Below, piece after piece: positions 1 through 15,846 of a DNA stretch of 64,000 nucleotides. Position 1 is the stretch's first letter, and every line of letters starts with the position of its first letter. Origin of the DNA: Chrysomallon squamiferum (taxonomy: Eukaryota; Animalia; Mollusca); NCBI GenBank assembly GCA_012295275.1, contig CM022672.1, positions 29,140,001 to 29,204,000 of the forward strand, written 5' to 3'. A program made the translations under genes and the position numbers. The notes below the pieces were generated by a model. That model made no database searches, was not told the DNA's origin, and saw only the letters and a list, made by a program, of their open reading frames with translations.

Positions 1-99
1 TGACAGTTGTAAACAAAAACTAACTTATGTTCACAGGCATAAATAAAAAAATATCTTGCTGACAGTTGTGTTTAATCTCAGTTTAACTGATACAAACAA

Positions 100-535
100 A
101 GAATAAAGTTATGTAAACATACTTAAAAACAAAGAGTAAAGCTATGCAAACCTATATACAAAGAGTAAATCTATGTAAACCTATATACAGAGAAATGTTA
201 TGTAAACCTATATACAGAGTAATGCTATGTAAACCTATATACAGAGTAATGCTATGTAAACTTACAAAGAGAAAAGCTATTTAAACCTACATACAAACCT
301 ATATTCAAAGAGTTAAGCTGTGTCAGACTACATACAAAGAAAAACAAAAGCTATGTAAATCTATGAACAAAGACTAAAGCTATGTAAACCTATGAACAAA
401 GAATAAAGCTATGGAAACCTATGAACAAAGAATAAAGCTATGTAAACCTACGGACAAAGAGTAAAGCTATGTAAACCTACGGACAAAGAGTAAAGCTATG
501 TAAACCTACGGACAAAGAGTAAAGTTATGCAGGTC
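100..535. repeat. About 29-bp minisatellite abutting the donor of SorCS exon 22
   Basis: Unit GGACAAAGAGTAAAGCTATGTAAACCTAC (copies at 452, 481, 510), degenerating leftwards. Confidence 0.9.
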
Positions 536-542
536 TACTAAC

Positions 543-3500
543 CTCCAGTAACCACTTTTGCTGCCATAACTTGCACTAAATGCTCCTTGTCTTGTGTTCC
601 ATCCATACCAACAGCCAGAGAGTGGTTCTTCACCATATTTATCAATTCCTGGACCAGCTACCAAAACAACGTAAATACTTTATTATTATCTTAGTCATAC
701 TAATATGTTACAGATAAACATCTATAAATAAATCTACCTACCTACCCATCACCTATGTATGTATGTATGTATATGTGTATGTGTGTATGTATGTATGTAT
801 GTATGTATGTATGTATGTATCTACCTACCTATTTATTTATCTATCTTTCTATTTATCTACCTATATATCTATTTATCAACCTATTTATCTATCTATCTAT
901 GCATCTACCTATCTCCTTACCTACCTACCTACCTATATATCAACCAGCCTAGCTATCTGTCTACCTACCTACCTATCAACCTATCTACATACCTATCTAT
1001 CTAACCATTTATACATTTTTTATTATTTTTTTATTATTTATTTAATAATTTAACTTTTGTCACCTAAAACAGTAAATGTTATTAAATATAATCACCATCA
1101 TTTACTGTTTTTGTTAGTTTTGTTTTTTGTAATAAAATAAATTTCTTCCTACTTTATTTACAGCTGAAGAATTTTTATTTGTTATTTTTGTTCCATTTAC
1201 CTTTTTTTTTATGTTACATACAGATGGTGAAACACATTTATATATACAATCTTTCAAATAGAGTTTGTAGACACTAACACACACATTTATAAACCATCAT
1301 ACAAATTTCTCTACAAACTAACACTGTGACTGAGTGATTATGGAGTTTAATGTCACAGGGGGATTATTCACCCATTTGTTGTGACTAAATAGTTATGCAT
1401 TTTAATATATGGGTTTTAAAATAGAAGAAGTATGAAAAATTGGATAAAAAAAATTGTAGTTATAATTATATTAATGATTTAATAGCTAGATGAAGAGGAC
1501 ATTATGTAAATGATTATTAGCTTGATGTACAGTCGGTAAGAAATTCAAAACTTTCAATGAAGACCAATTTCCTTTAAAATGATTATATTTGACGACCAGG
1601 GTTCTGAATGAACATAATAAGATTTAGTGACAAATAAAACAATGGGCTTTGATGTTTTTATCATAACTAAATAGATATATATCTACAAAGAAAAAACACT
1701 GAAACGTACACAGACACGCAACTTACAGTTTGCATATCTGCGTCTTTGGTTTTCTTCTCAGTGTTTGTTGAAGGAACAAACATCACGTGGGCTGTCAGTG
1801 GCTTCACAGAATGTAACATGACGGCAAATCTGTCCTGTCCTACTCCCAGAACCTAAAAACAAATTTTTTGTTTCAAGTTTTACCAATCATTTAATCATGT
1901 TCATTTTTAAATGCCTGTTTTGTCTTAATTAAATTCCCTCAGACTTAATCCCAAAATGGCAAAATCCCCAGTACCACTAATAATATTAAGATTTGTGCTA
2001 TCTTTAATTTCAGGATTAGAATTAAATTTTAAAAATAAATATTCAGATTTTCATATTCATATTTCAGAAATTGGGACTTTAAGAATAATGATTTAAATCA
2101 TTAAAATCTCTTCTAAGAAATGTTAGGAAATAACAGGTTTTCTGTGAATAATGAATGTCAAAAATGTTAAAACATGGCTAGATATATTTATTTTTTATTT
2201 TTTATTATTATTTCTATGCTTTATCATTATTATTTTATTTATTTTCCCTCTCTTTTTGTTACCTATACTCAGAGTAAAAAACAAAGCACAGACTCACATT
2301 AGCTATCTGAGTTCTGAGCAGTTGTAAAAGTGTTATTCTCCTCACAATGTCAGACTCAAAATCAAAGTTCTTAACATTCTCAGAGAATGTCAATTCAACA
2401 AACATGGCTTCCTCTGAAATTGAAAATATATAAATTACATATATATAAAAAACACATGTATATAACAAAATTTCTATTCATAAATTTAGTTAACTAATTT
2501 ATATCTGAAATTAAGAAATAAAAATATTTTTTGAAATGTATATTTGCATATGCAAAACAGCTGTTATTTCTTCAAATCAGGTATAAATTAGTTACCTAGA
2601 TTAAAATGTGGTTACAACTTACTGTAGACGTGAATGTTAAACATCTTGTACACAGTGCTCACTGAGTTGATGGCTTCCACAGACACTGGGAATGTTTTAA
2701 ACACTTCTGTCACTGGTGTGTATGTGTGAGATATTGTTCGGTTCCATGTCAGTGATGGCAGCACGCCTGGGCCCTGAATAAAATTTAAAAAAACCTATAT
2801 GAATTATGGACATATGAAGGCAGCAGCAATCTGAAACCAATCATCAAGTCTGCTTGGATTCAACTTCTTAATATGGTAAACAAGATGTCTGATCAAGAAC
2901 TCATGAACTGGGTTGTAGAGGCTGGACCTCAGAGCTCAAAGGGTTAATTATAAAAATATCATTGAGATATAACCTTAGTTTCATAAAATAAGACATAAAA
3001 TATATGAATTTAATTAAATTAAGAGAAAGTATCTGACTGTTGTGAATAATAAAATATATGGTAGAGTAATAGAGACAGGCTCATTTTTGACAAAACAGAC
3101 ACCATGGAATGGATAATTTCTAAAGTTTCTTTGCTTGTTTATCAAATGCTACCCAGCATACAGCAAGACAATAACTGTGATTTTTGTTTATCTCTACTGT
3201 TGACCCTAATTTCACGGACCTTGATTTTTCTGGATTTCAAGTGATCCAAGCCAAATGTTAAAAAAATAAAAATCAGATAATTTGTTCATACTACCATTTC
3301 CAGCTTGAAACCTTACTTCTAGGTGCTGTTAAATTAGTTCTGAGTCCCACTCAACTAACTTTCCATCAAGGCAAGTGTAAATTTTATAGCTGTCCTAACC
3401 CAAAACAGCCTTCATTTTTCTTTACATATACATTTGTTTACATTATTTTTATGTCCATACAGTTCTTTTACTATTATATTACTGTATTATGCACCTCTTA

Positions 3501-6500
3501 TATATATATACACAAACGTTTAATTTTTTGGTAAATTGCATGGTTAATATTTGCATTTGCAATTTCCCAGACTTATTTTTTTTCTCTACTATTAGTTTGT
3601 GAAATCAAGAGTCAACAGTATTTTGTTTTTATCAGCAACATAAGTGAACAGACATAAATTGCACAGGTCACAAACCAGTTAGTAGCTGTAGCAGATTACA
3701 CAAAATATACTTTTATAATTTGTTCACATCACCATAGCTGCATTTTAATGTTTAAAAAATCTGTTAACCCTTTCCTTGCAATTAGTGGATATAGCCACTA
3801 AAACATTTTGTTACTTTTAATGCAACAGCATTATAAAAAAATTCTCCTTATGCCAAGAACAAACACATCTATAGAGACTCACCAACATCTATCTGTCCAG
3901 TATGAGCTATCATCTGTATGACATAATAAAATGTACAGGTTGTGCTTACCTCATCACCAAACTGCCACACAAAGTGGACGTGTCCAGTGCCCTTAGTGAC
4001 CAGTTTACCTTGGACGTCCACTTCAGACTTCATCATCACACCACCCTTCACTGCCCACGGAATACTCACGTAAATGTCAGTAATCTTGTCTGCAAAACAA
4101 AAATAAAAACCTGTGTCATCCATGATCTAACAAAGATGAAATTAATTATGCTGTTAGAGTAGACATCTTGTTTTATCACTTCTAGAGGATTATGTTAACT
4201 GATATCTGACACTGACTGAATGACTAATGACATCCCAGACAAAACAGAAATCAGCTACAAGGTGTAATTCTGGGATTATAATAGGTAAGATATTTTATAT
4301 AATAATGCACTAGCAAATAAAACAAATGACAACAAACCAATAAATAAACGTTATATACAGAGGAATATACAGAAAATCAAAAATTAAACTACTACATATA
4401 GGTTATATCTTAAATACACCTATTATAAGACATGACTGGAACAGGAAAATAGGCTAGAGAGAACATTAAAGAGAACTGAACTTTTTTTAAAAACTTCTTT
4501 CATGGTATTTTTTTTTATAACTTTGGTTTAAAGACTGAATCATTTAACTGAATCAAAATGACAAAAAAAGAAAAGAAAAAAATGAAAGAAATACACATAC
4601 CTACAACACGAACAAACACACTTGCTGTTGCCTTGCCTTTAGTGTTTGTTGCAGTGACACTGACATTGTAGTTGCCACACTTGTCATAGGTGTGTGTTAT
4701 GTTGTTTGTGTGGTTGAAGCCAGTCACTGTAAAGTTCTGTTTGTCGTTGAAATCGATGTAGTAATTAGTACTTAATTTGGAGCCCTGCATAAAACAGAAT
4801 ATAACTTTTTTTTTTAAATGATAACAGAATAAATTACCTAGTACTCATAAATATATTAAACTAATAACATGTATCTTATTAAAAAAGTACAAATTTTAAA
4901 GCAAACAATGAAAGTTTAAATAAAACTATAAAAAAAACAAATAAACAAACAAATAAATAATTATTAAAAAATTAATAAAAAAAAAAAGAGAAACTCAACT
5001 ATAAATAAATAATACATTTTTATTAAAAAAATTAATAATACTGAAATAAACAAATAAACAAAAAAAGAAATGTATATTTAAAATCTATCACCAGTTTCTG
5101 TTTGATCTTGAACTTGAGCAGACTGCCAGTTGCCACGACGACCTTATCAACAGTAAGCGTGAGGCCCTCTGGTGCAGCCAGTGGGCACTTCTGCTCTGTC
5201 TTCTTGTATGGTGGCTTTGTTTCCACCCCACCCACACACTTATCAACAGCTACTTTGCGATATCTGTAAATACATAACCAGAAATAGATAATTACTAATT
5301 CAGGTGAAGAATAACTGATGTGAAATCACAGGAATGAGTCAGTCATTATTCACACTTTCAGACACATTCAATTACTTCATATGTGTTAATGATTAGTTGT
5401 TCAGAATACTGCATTTTTTCATATAATGTAAATTATTATTTATGCTATCAAACACATGCTGCTACTTAAAATATATTAACGATTATATGATACAGTTTTC
5501 ATTTAATGTAAACTATTATTTATGTTTTGAAAGACTTTCTACTACTTAATATGTATTAATGATTATATCAAACATTTTTCATATAATGTAAATTATTATT
5601 TATGATTTCAAACACATTCTACTACTTAATATATATTAATGATTAGATACATTTTTCACTTAAGGTTAATTATTATTTCTGCTACTTGATATGTATTATG
5701 ATTAAATGATACCATTTTCATTTAATGTAAATTATTATTAATTTATATTTTAAAAACCTGAAAGCAGTCAGAGAGGAAAAGCCAAACAGAAAAATACAGA
5801 GAAATAAAGAGACAGGGATGGAGAGAAACAAGAGAGAGAAACACGGAGAGAGGGAGGACGAAGCAAGAAGGGAGACAGAGAGGAAGAGAGGGCGAGAGGG
5901 AGAAAAAGAAAGAGATATACATAAATGTCTACTCACTGAAATTAACATCATTTTAATTAAGATAAGTTTAAATTCTAAGATTTGTTTTATGAAATATGAG
6001 GTAAAAAGATATAATGTGACTTTTGATGGAGTCTGTTTAAGATTTTTAAAATGTATCTCCTTCAAGACTACTTGTTTCTACTGAGACCTCAGAAATTTCA
6101 CAAACCCATGGCTCTTGTTGTAGCTCTCTCCCTCCTTGCAGTCAGAGAGAACCACCTCTGGATCAAACCAAATCTGTTTTGTACAGTTCTGTTCAACTTT
6201 CTTATAGCCGTAATCACTGAAAGTCAGAAACAGTGGACTGTTAAATAACACTAGAACAAATTAACTGACTGCATATCACTAGAACAAACTGATTAATTCC
6301 CACATTGCTTTGAACATCATCATTAGAGGATATCAGTTTACTGCATACTGTTACATATCTGATTAATATATCATTTTTGCAATGTTTAACAACACTTCTA
6401 CAAGACCCCTAATTAAGTAATTGTGTATTAAAAAAACATACGGATTAATAACAACCAATTCTCTTTACAACTAAAAATCTATTTTATTAATTAATCAATT

Positions 6501-9119
6501 GCTGATCACCAGAATAAACCAGATTAATTCTATATTATTATTTGAATACTGAGATACCAGCAGAGCAAGATAATAATTTGTTACTTTTTTAAAATTATGG
6601 TTATTGATTAAGAAATATATGTACAGGAAGATATATTTCAAAACAGTAGCAGAGATCAACTGTTAATACTCTGTACTTGTTTAACAATAATCTGTAACTA
6701 TTTTCTGTCATATATATTTCTCTTACTATTCTTATATATTTTCTCTTACTATCACAAACATTATTTGGATATTTTTTTAGTTTTTTATTTCATCTCACCA
6801 CTCAAAATCTTCTTTAAAACAAGGACAAGGTGTAGTTTTAGTTGGTCGTTCGTAGTCTCTTCCATTGTAACACTGTGTCTGCGGTTTCTTTCTCTCGTAC
6901 TGAAATGTCTGACCCAGAATGCACTGGACACCTGTATCAAACTTTAAAAAAAAAATTCAAAATATTATTGGTATGACAAATGACTATCCAGTATCAAACA
7001 TACTAGTTACTCAGTGCCAAACTAGCATAAGTGTGACAGTAACCATATCAATAACTTTAACATTTGAATATATCAGAAAATAACACACACACACACACAG
7101 ACAGACACAAACTCATAAATATTTTACAAGAAAACATAATCAATTTATTAGAATTTAGCAGAATTTTTTAATTAGTCATAATGATTATATGTTAAAATAA
7201 TAGTATAGATATGAATACAGCATCATCTTCTTAAAATTAATTCTACCTGGTCTGCCGGTTTCCAGGTGAGGTAATCCTTGCTGGTACATTTCTGCTTGAG
7301 AACAGATGAGAAATCAAGTTTGGCTAGAATCCATCCACCACCAGAAATGTCATGTCCATACACACTGGAGAAAATAATAAATAAAAAGAATACAAATAAG
7401 TAAGTAAATAAATAAATGTTATATAGATTTTAATATTTTTTTTACTTATCTATGTGTGCGTGTGTACATGTGTTTACATTTATGCTTTAAGATTATATAC
7501 ATGTATCATGTCATTATTTAGGCACTATATACGAAATAAATAAATAAGTACACGTATTGGTATTATTAAAATATTACCTTGAATTTTTCAGATTACATGT
7601 TTTTATCACAAAGCATATAGCTTAATCAAAACAATCTCTTGGATAAGTAGGAAATGTATTTCAGACCACATATTTGAACTATTACAGCGATAGGTAAAAG
7701 AAAGGAATAAATTATAGTAAATGTATTATTTTATGAACTGTATTAGATTACTGCTTGTGTAATAAAAAGTGGTATTACCTCTCAATGAGTGTAGTAATGC
7801 CAGGTTCGTTCAAAACACCATCTACACGAATATTGTCTTTTATGAATGTTGTGTTGTGCCATGTCAAACCATCATTCAGGGAATAACTTAAGACATAAAA
7901 AAAAACATCATACAAAATACAAAATACATGAAAAAAGACAGAAAGGGGTAGATGAGACACATAGTAGATAGATGCTAAAATAGAAAGGGCAAGAGATAAA
8001 TAGACAGACAGGTGGATAGAAACAAAATACAGATCATATCTTGATGTTTTTTCATTTTAATTTCATGTTAACCTGTCACATTTGTTAGAAAAAAAACATT
8101 TAACAAACTGACAGTGACATAATGCCACTGAATTTTAGCAATATTTCTAAATGAAAACAACCTTTTCAAGCGAAAATACTAGTTTCTTTTAAACAGTAGA
8201 TAAAAAATAAAAGAAAAAGGTGAAAAAAGCTATCTTATCCATTTTCAACAGTTTTTATCATTTCTCACTGTGACTGTAATAAATATTAATAATAAAGACA
8301 CCATATGCAGTATATAGTCTGTTAGTAGTGATACACCTGTAACAGTCAGAAGATTAATAAAATAAACATTTATACTAACTGTACTACGTTTGTGTGTGCT
8401 GGGGCACTAGAAATGGCTGTCATAACACTGCCTTGATTCAGAATGTTGAACTTGAAGGCACCTTTCATAGGAGCCCGCTTCCACGTCCACCCTCCATCAC
8501 TGCTCGTGTAAACCTCGGAGGTTATCATGAATGTCATGCCAATATTGCCATGTGCCATAATAAGTCCAGGAGCTTTCTCCTCTGACAGTAGGCCAGGGAT
8601 TATGGGATTGGTTCGGTCAAGATGCAGATGCAGATGACATTTATCATGATTCTGACAACATAATTTCAGTATAGCAAATGTGACAATAAGATCTGAATTG
8701 TGCAAATATGACAGTAAGATGTGTAAGGTGCAAATGTGATAATGTATTGATAGTAGAGAAAATATGACAACATTTGAATAGTGCATATATAACTGTAGGT
8801 TTGAAAAATGCAGATGTGACAAGACAGTCTGATTGCCACATATGAAATGTGATTTGAATATGCCAATGTGAAACACAGTTCTGAATGAAGCAAATGTGAC
8901 AAAATGTTTGGAACAGTATAAATCAGTTAATGAATAAATGAATGAAACATTTTAATTTTTAAGACTATAACTAATAATTGATGTGAAAGTTATTTCTGAA
9001 TAATGGTCAGAAACAAAATCATTTCAAATTACTGTAACAAATAATAATATTATATTACTGTTAATTATCTAAGCAATTTAACATTCAAAAGGAAACGACA
9101 GAATTCACAAATGTTACTG

Positions 9120-9165
<46 letters not shown>

Positions 9166-11195
9166 TGATGTATTAAAGAAAGTCAGAAAAATCAGGTTAC
9201 TTACAGAACATTCTTTTTTCTGATCTGTAGGAACTGGAATAAGGGACCAGTTGCCTCCCTTGTCGAAGGAGATGAATGTCATAGCAATGAAGAAATGAGA
9301 AAGAGACGAATCTTTCAGTCTCTTGTTAGCTATAAACGTCGCTGGCATTCCATTTATCTGAGTTTTAAATTTTTTAAAAAGATTAAGAAATAAAATACGT
9401 TCTTAAGACAGAAACAACAAGCAAATATACCTAAGATTTTATTTGTTTAAACTGAAGGTAGGATCCATTTATATGTACAGTGTGTGTATCTAACATGTAT
9501 CTGCAAATAAAGTGATGACATGTCAGAATGGATAATTATGTAGTTATCATTCTCTAACTGTCATTTGATCCCAGATACAATTCTGATAAAGTGAGTTACA
9601 CAGAGATTACTAAACATGCATAATGCTAAAAGAATAACACTTTTTGATAGCAGATTTGATCAAGAAACACAGTGACATTATTTAACATTTAACAGTGACA
9701 ATATTTAACACTTACCATAGTGACACTGTTTACTACTTACCATGGTTATGGTGTTTTTAACTCTTATAGTAGTAATATTTAACACTTCATAAAGACTGAT
9801 AAGATTTACAACATTTCATATACTTTTTCACCTTTAACATTACAGCATAGTACATTAATTATTATAAGCATATCATAGTTATGGTATGAACATTTACCAT
9901 AACCACAAGAAATAAAGAGAATGTTAATGTATACAGCACGAATTCAGGCTATTTGTTTATCATATTAGTTTATAATTGTTCTAACCTCTCGCAGGTCAAT
10001 CTCAAGCCAGCCAGGTCGAGGAAGGAACATGACATCTTCCAGAGACTTGACAAAGAATCGACCTGTAGCGTCAGAGAGGTAAAGGTCAACGCCCTTGTAG
10101 TGACTGACAGCCATGAAAACTTGACCGCCATCAGCATTGACAAGCAAGAAATCCTGAAACCACAATTTCATTTATTTGTTTTTAAATCTCTTTGATTTTT
10201 TTAATTTGCATGAAATACTAATAAAGAAATTAAAATTTCATTAATTCCTGATATCATTTTGCTATTTAATTATTTGAAAAACAGTATTCAGCATCATATG
10301 CAACTGAACAGAAAGTTAAAAACTATCATCTTCAATTAAAACCAATAAAAACTATCATCTTAAATTAAAACCAGTCACCAATATGAACAATAATGCTAGA
10401 GATAATTGCAACAGAGATGTAATAATATCACACAGCATCAGGTTTCCTCTCTCCTAAATTTATTAAAATATCATTAAAAAGAAAACAAATTTAAATTATT
10501 TAGTATTCATAATTCAGTTAGGGTAAAAGCTGGACAAGTATAGTAATACGATTAGTTACATTAACTGTTTTACAAAATAACTCCATTCTGCTTTTAAAAG
10601 TTACTGAATGAGCATCACTTTATCTAAATATTTTAACAAACAACAGTTATGTGTCAATTATAAAAAGAGGCTTATTTGTTTGCTGTTGTTGTCATTGTTG
10701 TTTTTGGTTTAATGATATTAATCTGGAAAGCAACTGGTAACGTCTGTAGATTAAAGTTACCATTCAGAAACAAGAATAATTTTACAACACTACATACACA
10801 TGAAAAGCAAATATAAGTTGTTAATAAATTAATCACAAGGCACAGAAATAAGATTCATGAGGAGGATTTATCTACAAGCTATCTTGGACTGAAAACAATT
10901 TAACTGCCTGTTCAGTTTATTACAACAAAGAAGAACAGATCTAACCTTTGCGTTAAAGCCTGGTGGAAAATATGCTCTCTTAAACAGCTGACGTTTATAT
11001 GACACAAGCATTAGACTTTCAGAGTTTGTGGTTTGCTGCAAAATAAAAAAAATTAAATTAAAAAAGAACATTTATGAAAATACAGACAGACAGACAGACA
11101 CAGAGATGGCTTATTAGTTCATAAATACTTAGTTTATGACAGAAAATGTAATGGTCAATTGACCATTATTTTCTGTCATTAACAAGTGTTTAATG

Positions 11196-11275
<80 letters not shown>

Positions 11276-13474
11276 TAATACTATTAATAATTAAATATAT
11301 ATATATATATATATATATACGTCTTTTATCACATTTTATTTAACCTTAATGTCATAGAGTTAATCAAAACAAATTTTCAGTGACCACATACCTGGATGAA
11401 AATATATTCATTGATGACCAACATGGACATTCCATCAAAGCCTTCAAGCTCCGAGTCTATGGTGTGTGTGATGTCTGTGCAGTTTGGTATCAAGCACGCC
11501 TTGTAGTGAGCCTTGCCTGTCAACAAATTATAAATGATTTAATTAAAGGGAGATGCTGTGTATAATAAATTTACACTGGTTCTAACAGTCTATGTTTTCT
11601 GAGACACTATTATAAAATCTGTTTAATAAGCATTAATACTGAAATATATAAAACAAATATTACTCTGTGAGTATCCTATCTGAAATCAATAATTAATATT
11701 AAAATTTTAAAAACAGTCATTCCTAACTTCTATAATCCCATTAAATATATTTTAAAGTATAAAAAGCTAAGCAGTCATTCCAGTAAATTATTTAATTCAC
11801 ATCATTTTATTTATAGTTATTCATTCAGTTTGTATCATTAAGTATTTTGTAATCAAGTCATTCAGATAAAATGTTAAAAAGTCCTTCATTCTGTCTGTAA
11901 TTCATGCATTCCATCTCTTTATTTGTTTATTCCACCATTCATTTATTCAATTAAAGTTTATTCTTTCCATAATCCTTTCATTACATCTTTATTCATTTAT
12001 TCAGTAAATTATTAAACTGTTAAATAGTAATTCTTTCATTCTGCAATTTGTTCACCTATTTGTTCATTCCATCATCTGTTTATTCAATTAAAATATGAAA
12101 CTAATAGTCATTTATTCTGTCTGTAACTGATTAATTTATTATCTCATTTAAACATCACTTACCAACAGTGTTCTGGACTTCCATATGAACAGTCCTCTTA
12201 TCTTTGTCATACACTTTGTCAGCCCTGAATTTTTTTTAAATCCAGAAATAAATAAAAAAAGAAAGAATTAAAAATAAATAAAAAACATCAATCATCATAA
12301 TTACTTAGTCCATTCATTTACAATTAATATTTTGTTTTAGTAAGTCATATAAAAATGTTATTACATAATTGTAAAGTAGTTATATTCCCATAGTAATTTA
12401 TGTTTTAAAGTTTAACTGTACATTTTTAATAGAGATAAAGAGTAACATTTAAATGGTCTGTTTAATTAACCTTTTCAGATATTGTAATTATACAAAAATA
12501 AAAGAATCAAAGGATACCATGGCTCAATCTTTTCCCTTAATTTTACTTTATATAGTTTAACTTAAAAAGGAAAAGAAGGAAAGAAAGAAATAGATGGCAA
12601 AAGATACAATTCAAATGAAATAACTTGCTTTTGGAAATCTCTTTTAATATATCTCACTATTAATGACTATTTCTTCTTTTTTTTATGTACATATATCTAC
12701 TTCTGTTCACTGTCACTCTAACCCATTTTAAATCTATTATTATAATCTTGCTGTATCTGCACATTTAGGTATTCACAGGTTTGTGTTTGTGTAGGTGTAT
12801 ATATGTGAATGTATTATGTAAGGTAATTCAGGGTCCCACCCTTGTTGTTACCAATTCTTTTTCTGAGGCAATAAAACGTCTTTAAAAACAAAAGAAAAAA
12901 GAAAAAGAAAAAAAAAAAAGAAGAAAGAAACCCTCCTTATTATGCTTTAACAGGACAAGTTTGACTTCCTCTGTACTTATACACAATAGTCAGTATATAT
13001 CAGTATATCAAGTTATAAAGTGTGTATCAGGTAATGTTTTCAAGTTCCAGCATACTGTCTTGATATAATCTCATTAATTCTTCCAAAACTTAATAATACA
13101 AAATAAATATTAAAATTTTAAAAATATTTTTCTAAAGAAGGTTTTGAAATTAAAAATAATAAATAACTGCAATTAAACTGGTTTAAAAGCTTTTAAAAGA
13201 CTATCTATCTATATACAGATAAGAACAAAATAAAAATAAAGTGAAATACAACATATTTTACCAAAACAATCTACTGGTTGCTTCATTCTGCAAAAGTGTC
13301 CATGTCAGTCCAAAATCCATTGAAACATGAACCTGTATTAAGCAAATAAATTAACTGAAATATGAACTTTTAATCCAGCAAAATTTTAACCTACAATACA
13401 CTAAATGTAGGAGTAAAAGAACCTACAGTGCAAATCCAAACTATATAAATAGAGAACCCAAAATTGACAACTTT

Positions 13475-13505
<31 letters not shown>

Positions 13506-15760
13506 TTTTATAACTGTTTTTGGTTTTTTGACACAGTAATGAAATAAAATTATTATTATTTTGTTAATGTTTCTATTTTTAAAAATTTCAGATTTCTGCT
13601 AATGAAACTATATAATAAAAAAGTACATTGGCTTTTTAAAGGTATTTGGTAATTAATTTTCTATGTAAGTAGTTTATTCAGATACCATGCGTTCATTAAA
13701 GCTGTAGGCCAAGATCCAGTCTGCCTCTGTGGGGTGGAGAATAAAGAGGTCAGGAGAAAAGGTCAGGTTTGTGGTGTGATTCGTTTTCAAGGAATCTTTT
13801 GTAATGTACAGGACCTTGTTTGTTGTGTCAATAAAGATGAGCTGAATAAAAAACGAAAATCAAAATGAATTAATGAAAAAGAAGAACCAACTAATGAAAT
13901 ACTTACTTTTACAGTATTATAATTCACAGAAAAAGAGAGCTACACAACACATATATAAATATATAAATATATATACATGTGTTATTCAAAATATATAATG
14001 TTAATGATCACAGAAAATAATTAAAATTAAAAAATTAAAACAAAAAGATGTACGAATAAATGAATCTTTGTTTAAATGTTTCTTTTTTTTCTTATTATAG
14101 ATAAAAAAAGAAACAATAAATAAATAAATAAATAAAATGTTAACTATATGAACATTCTGGTAAAATATTATTGATTAAAATAGTTTGAAATTGTTTGGAA
14201 ACATTTATCTATAATCTAAAACACTAAACAAAATCAGACAAATGAAAAAATACTTACTGTATTAGTATGTCTTATTCTGACTTAATTTAAAGGTATTTCA
14301 ATAAATAAATAAATAAATAAAATAAATACTATAAACAAATACAAGTTATTCTCACCTGGTCATATACCACACTAGACACATAGTAAAAGGAAATGATTGC
14401 AGATGATGGAAAGAAGACTTCTTCAAAATGTTCACCATAATCTCTGGAGCTGATTTAAGAAAATACAAAAATAATAAACTTTGGTTAATATTAACATTAA
14501 AAGAATTAACAGTCATATCTGTGATTATTAATGAACACTTATATAGGATATGGATATTAGGTATCGTCTTGATCTCACATTAGTATGGAAATATGTAAAT
14601 TTTTTGTTTGTGTGTGTGTGTGTGTGAGTTTACATAATAAACATTTTAATTTTTCATTAACATTGTACAAAACAGTAATTATTGTCTCAGTAATGTCTGT
14701 ATAAACTAAAACTCTCCAAGCTCCTAATCCTTACATGTTTTACTGTACATTTCCTTAGAAAATGCTATTATAAAAAAATAATTAAAAAAGTCAATTGTCT
14801 TCTTTATTTCAATTATTATTAAAAAAAAGTCTTAATTAATATTTTGTTAACATCAATCCATTTGTCACTTTTATCACCTAGGATATATTTTTAATTGTTA
14901 CATATTTATCATGATCAGTAGCTTTCTAAAACTGCTTTCAGTAAATGTTTTTAAAAAATATGACCATGAAAAGAAACAGAAATGAATTACATTATCAATA
15001 ATTTCATCTTCCACTAGACTAATTAAACATACAGCACAGGCACAGCTAAAATATGATTTCCAGAAAATTTTTTTTTTAATAAAACAAATAAAACAAATAA
15101 CAAATTTAATTCTACAATGTTTTATTTTTATCTGCCTGTGACTAAATGAGTGTCAACTTTTCAAATCTATCAATCTGTCAGATTTAAGATCCTATTTCAT
15201 CATAAAGCAACAAAAATAAAAAATAAAAATTAGAAAATTAAATAAATAAATAAATAACATAATTGCTGCTGTTAATAACTTAGTTAGTACCTGCTACATA
15301 ATTGTCTGAAGTTATTATTAACAATGATTCATTTCCAAAAGAAATAACACAGTGTCTAGAAAATATTAAAAAGAAAAAAAAAAGCTCTTCATTTTCTCTT
15401 GTGACATATTAATAAGATTCTCATTTGTTACTGTCACAACTTGTAGGCAGTGTAATTAATATCTTTAAACTCAACTTACACCCAGAGTTTACTTTCAATA
15501 GTTTTTCCAAAGTGATTCCGTCGCTTTGTCAATACAAAGATATCCTGAAATTAAACAAAAGAAAACTAAAATTAAATGGACAGAATAAAACTAAACAAAT
15601 AAATAACTATAAACCATTATAATTTATATAATAGCATTCATTTCTTCCTCTCTTTTTTCAGCAAATAGTAATATCCTTTTATTTTTTGAAATTAAATATT
15701 ATACACAAACACCCCACCACCACACATTTATATACAAATACATACATATTTATATTACAT

Positions 15761-15846
<86 letters not shown>

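Noticed and set aside
755-1053. ORFs in three frames
   Set aside because: Tetranucleotide microsatellite translations. The same applies to the poly-I, poly-SL, poly-CV and poly-T/V ORFs at about 15.7, 18.6, 36.9, 39.7, 44.4, 45.7, 48.4, 50.6, 52.8, 59.9 and 63.1 kb.
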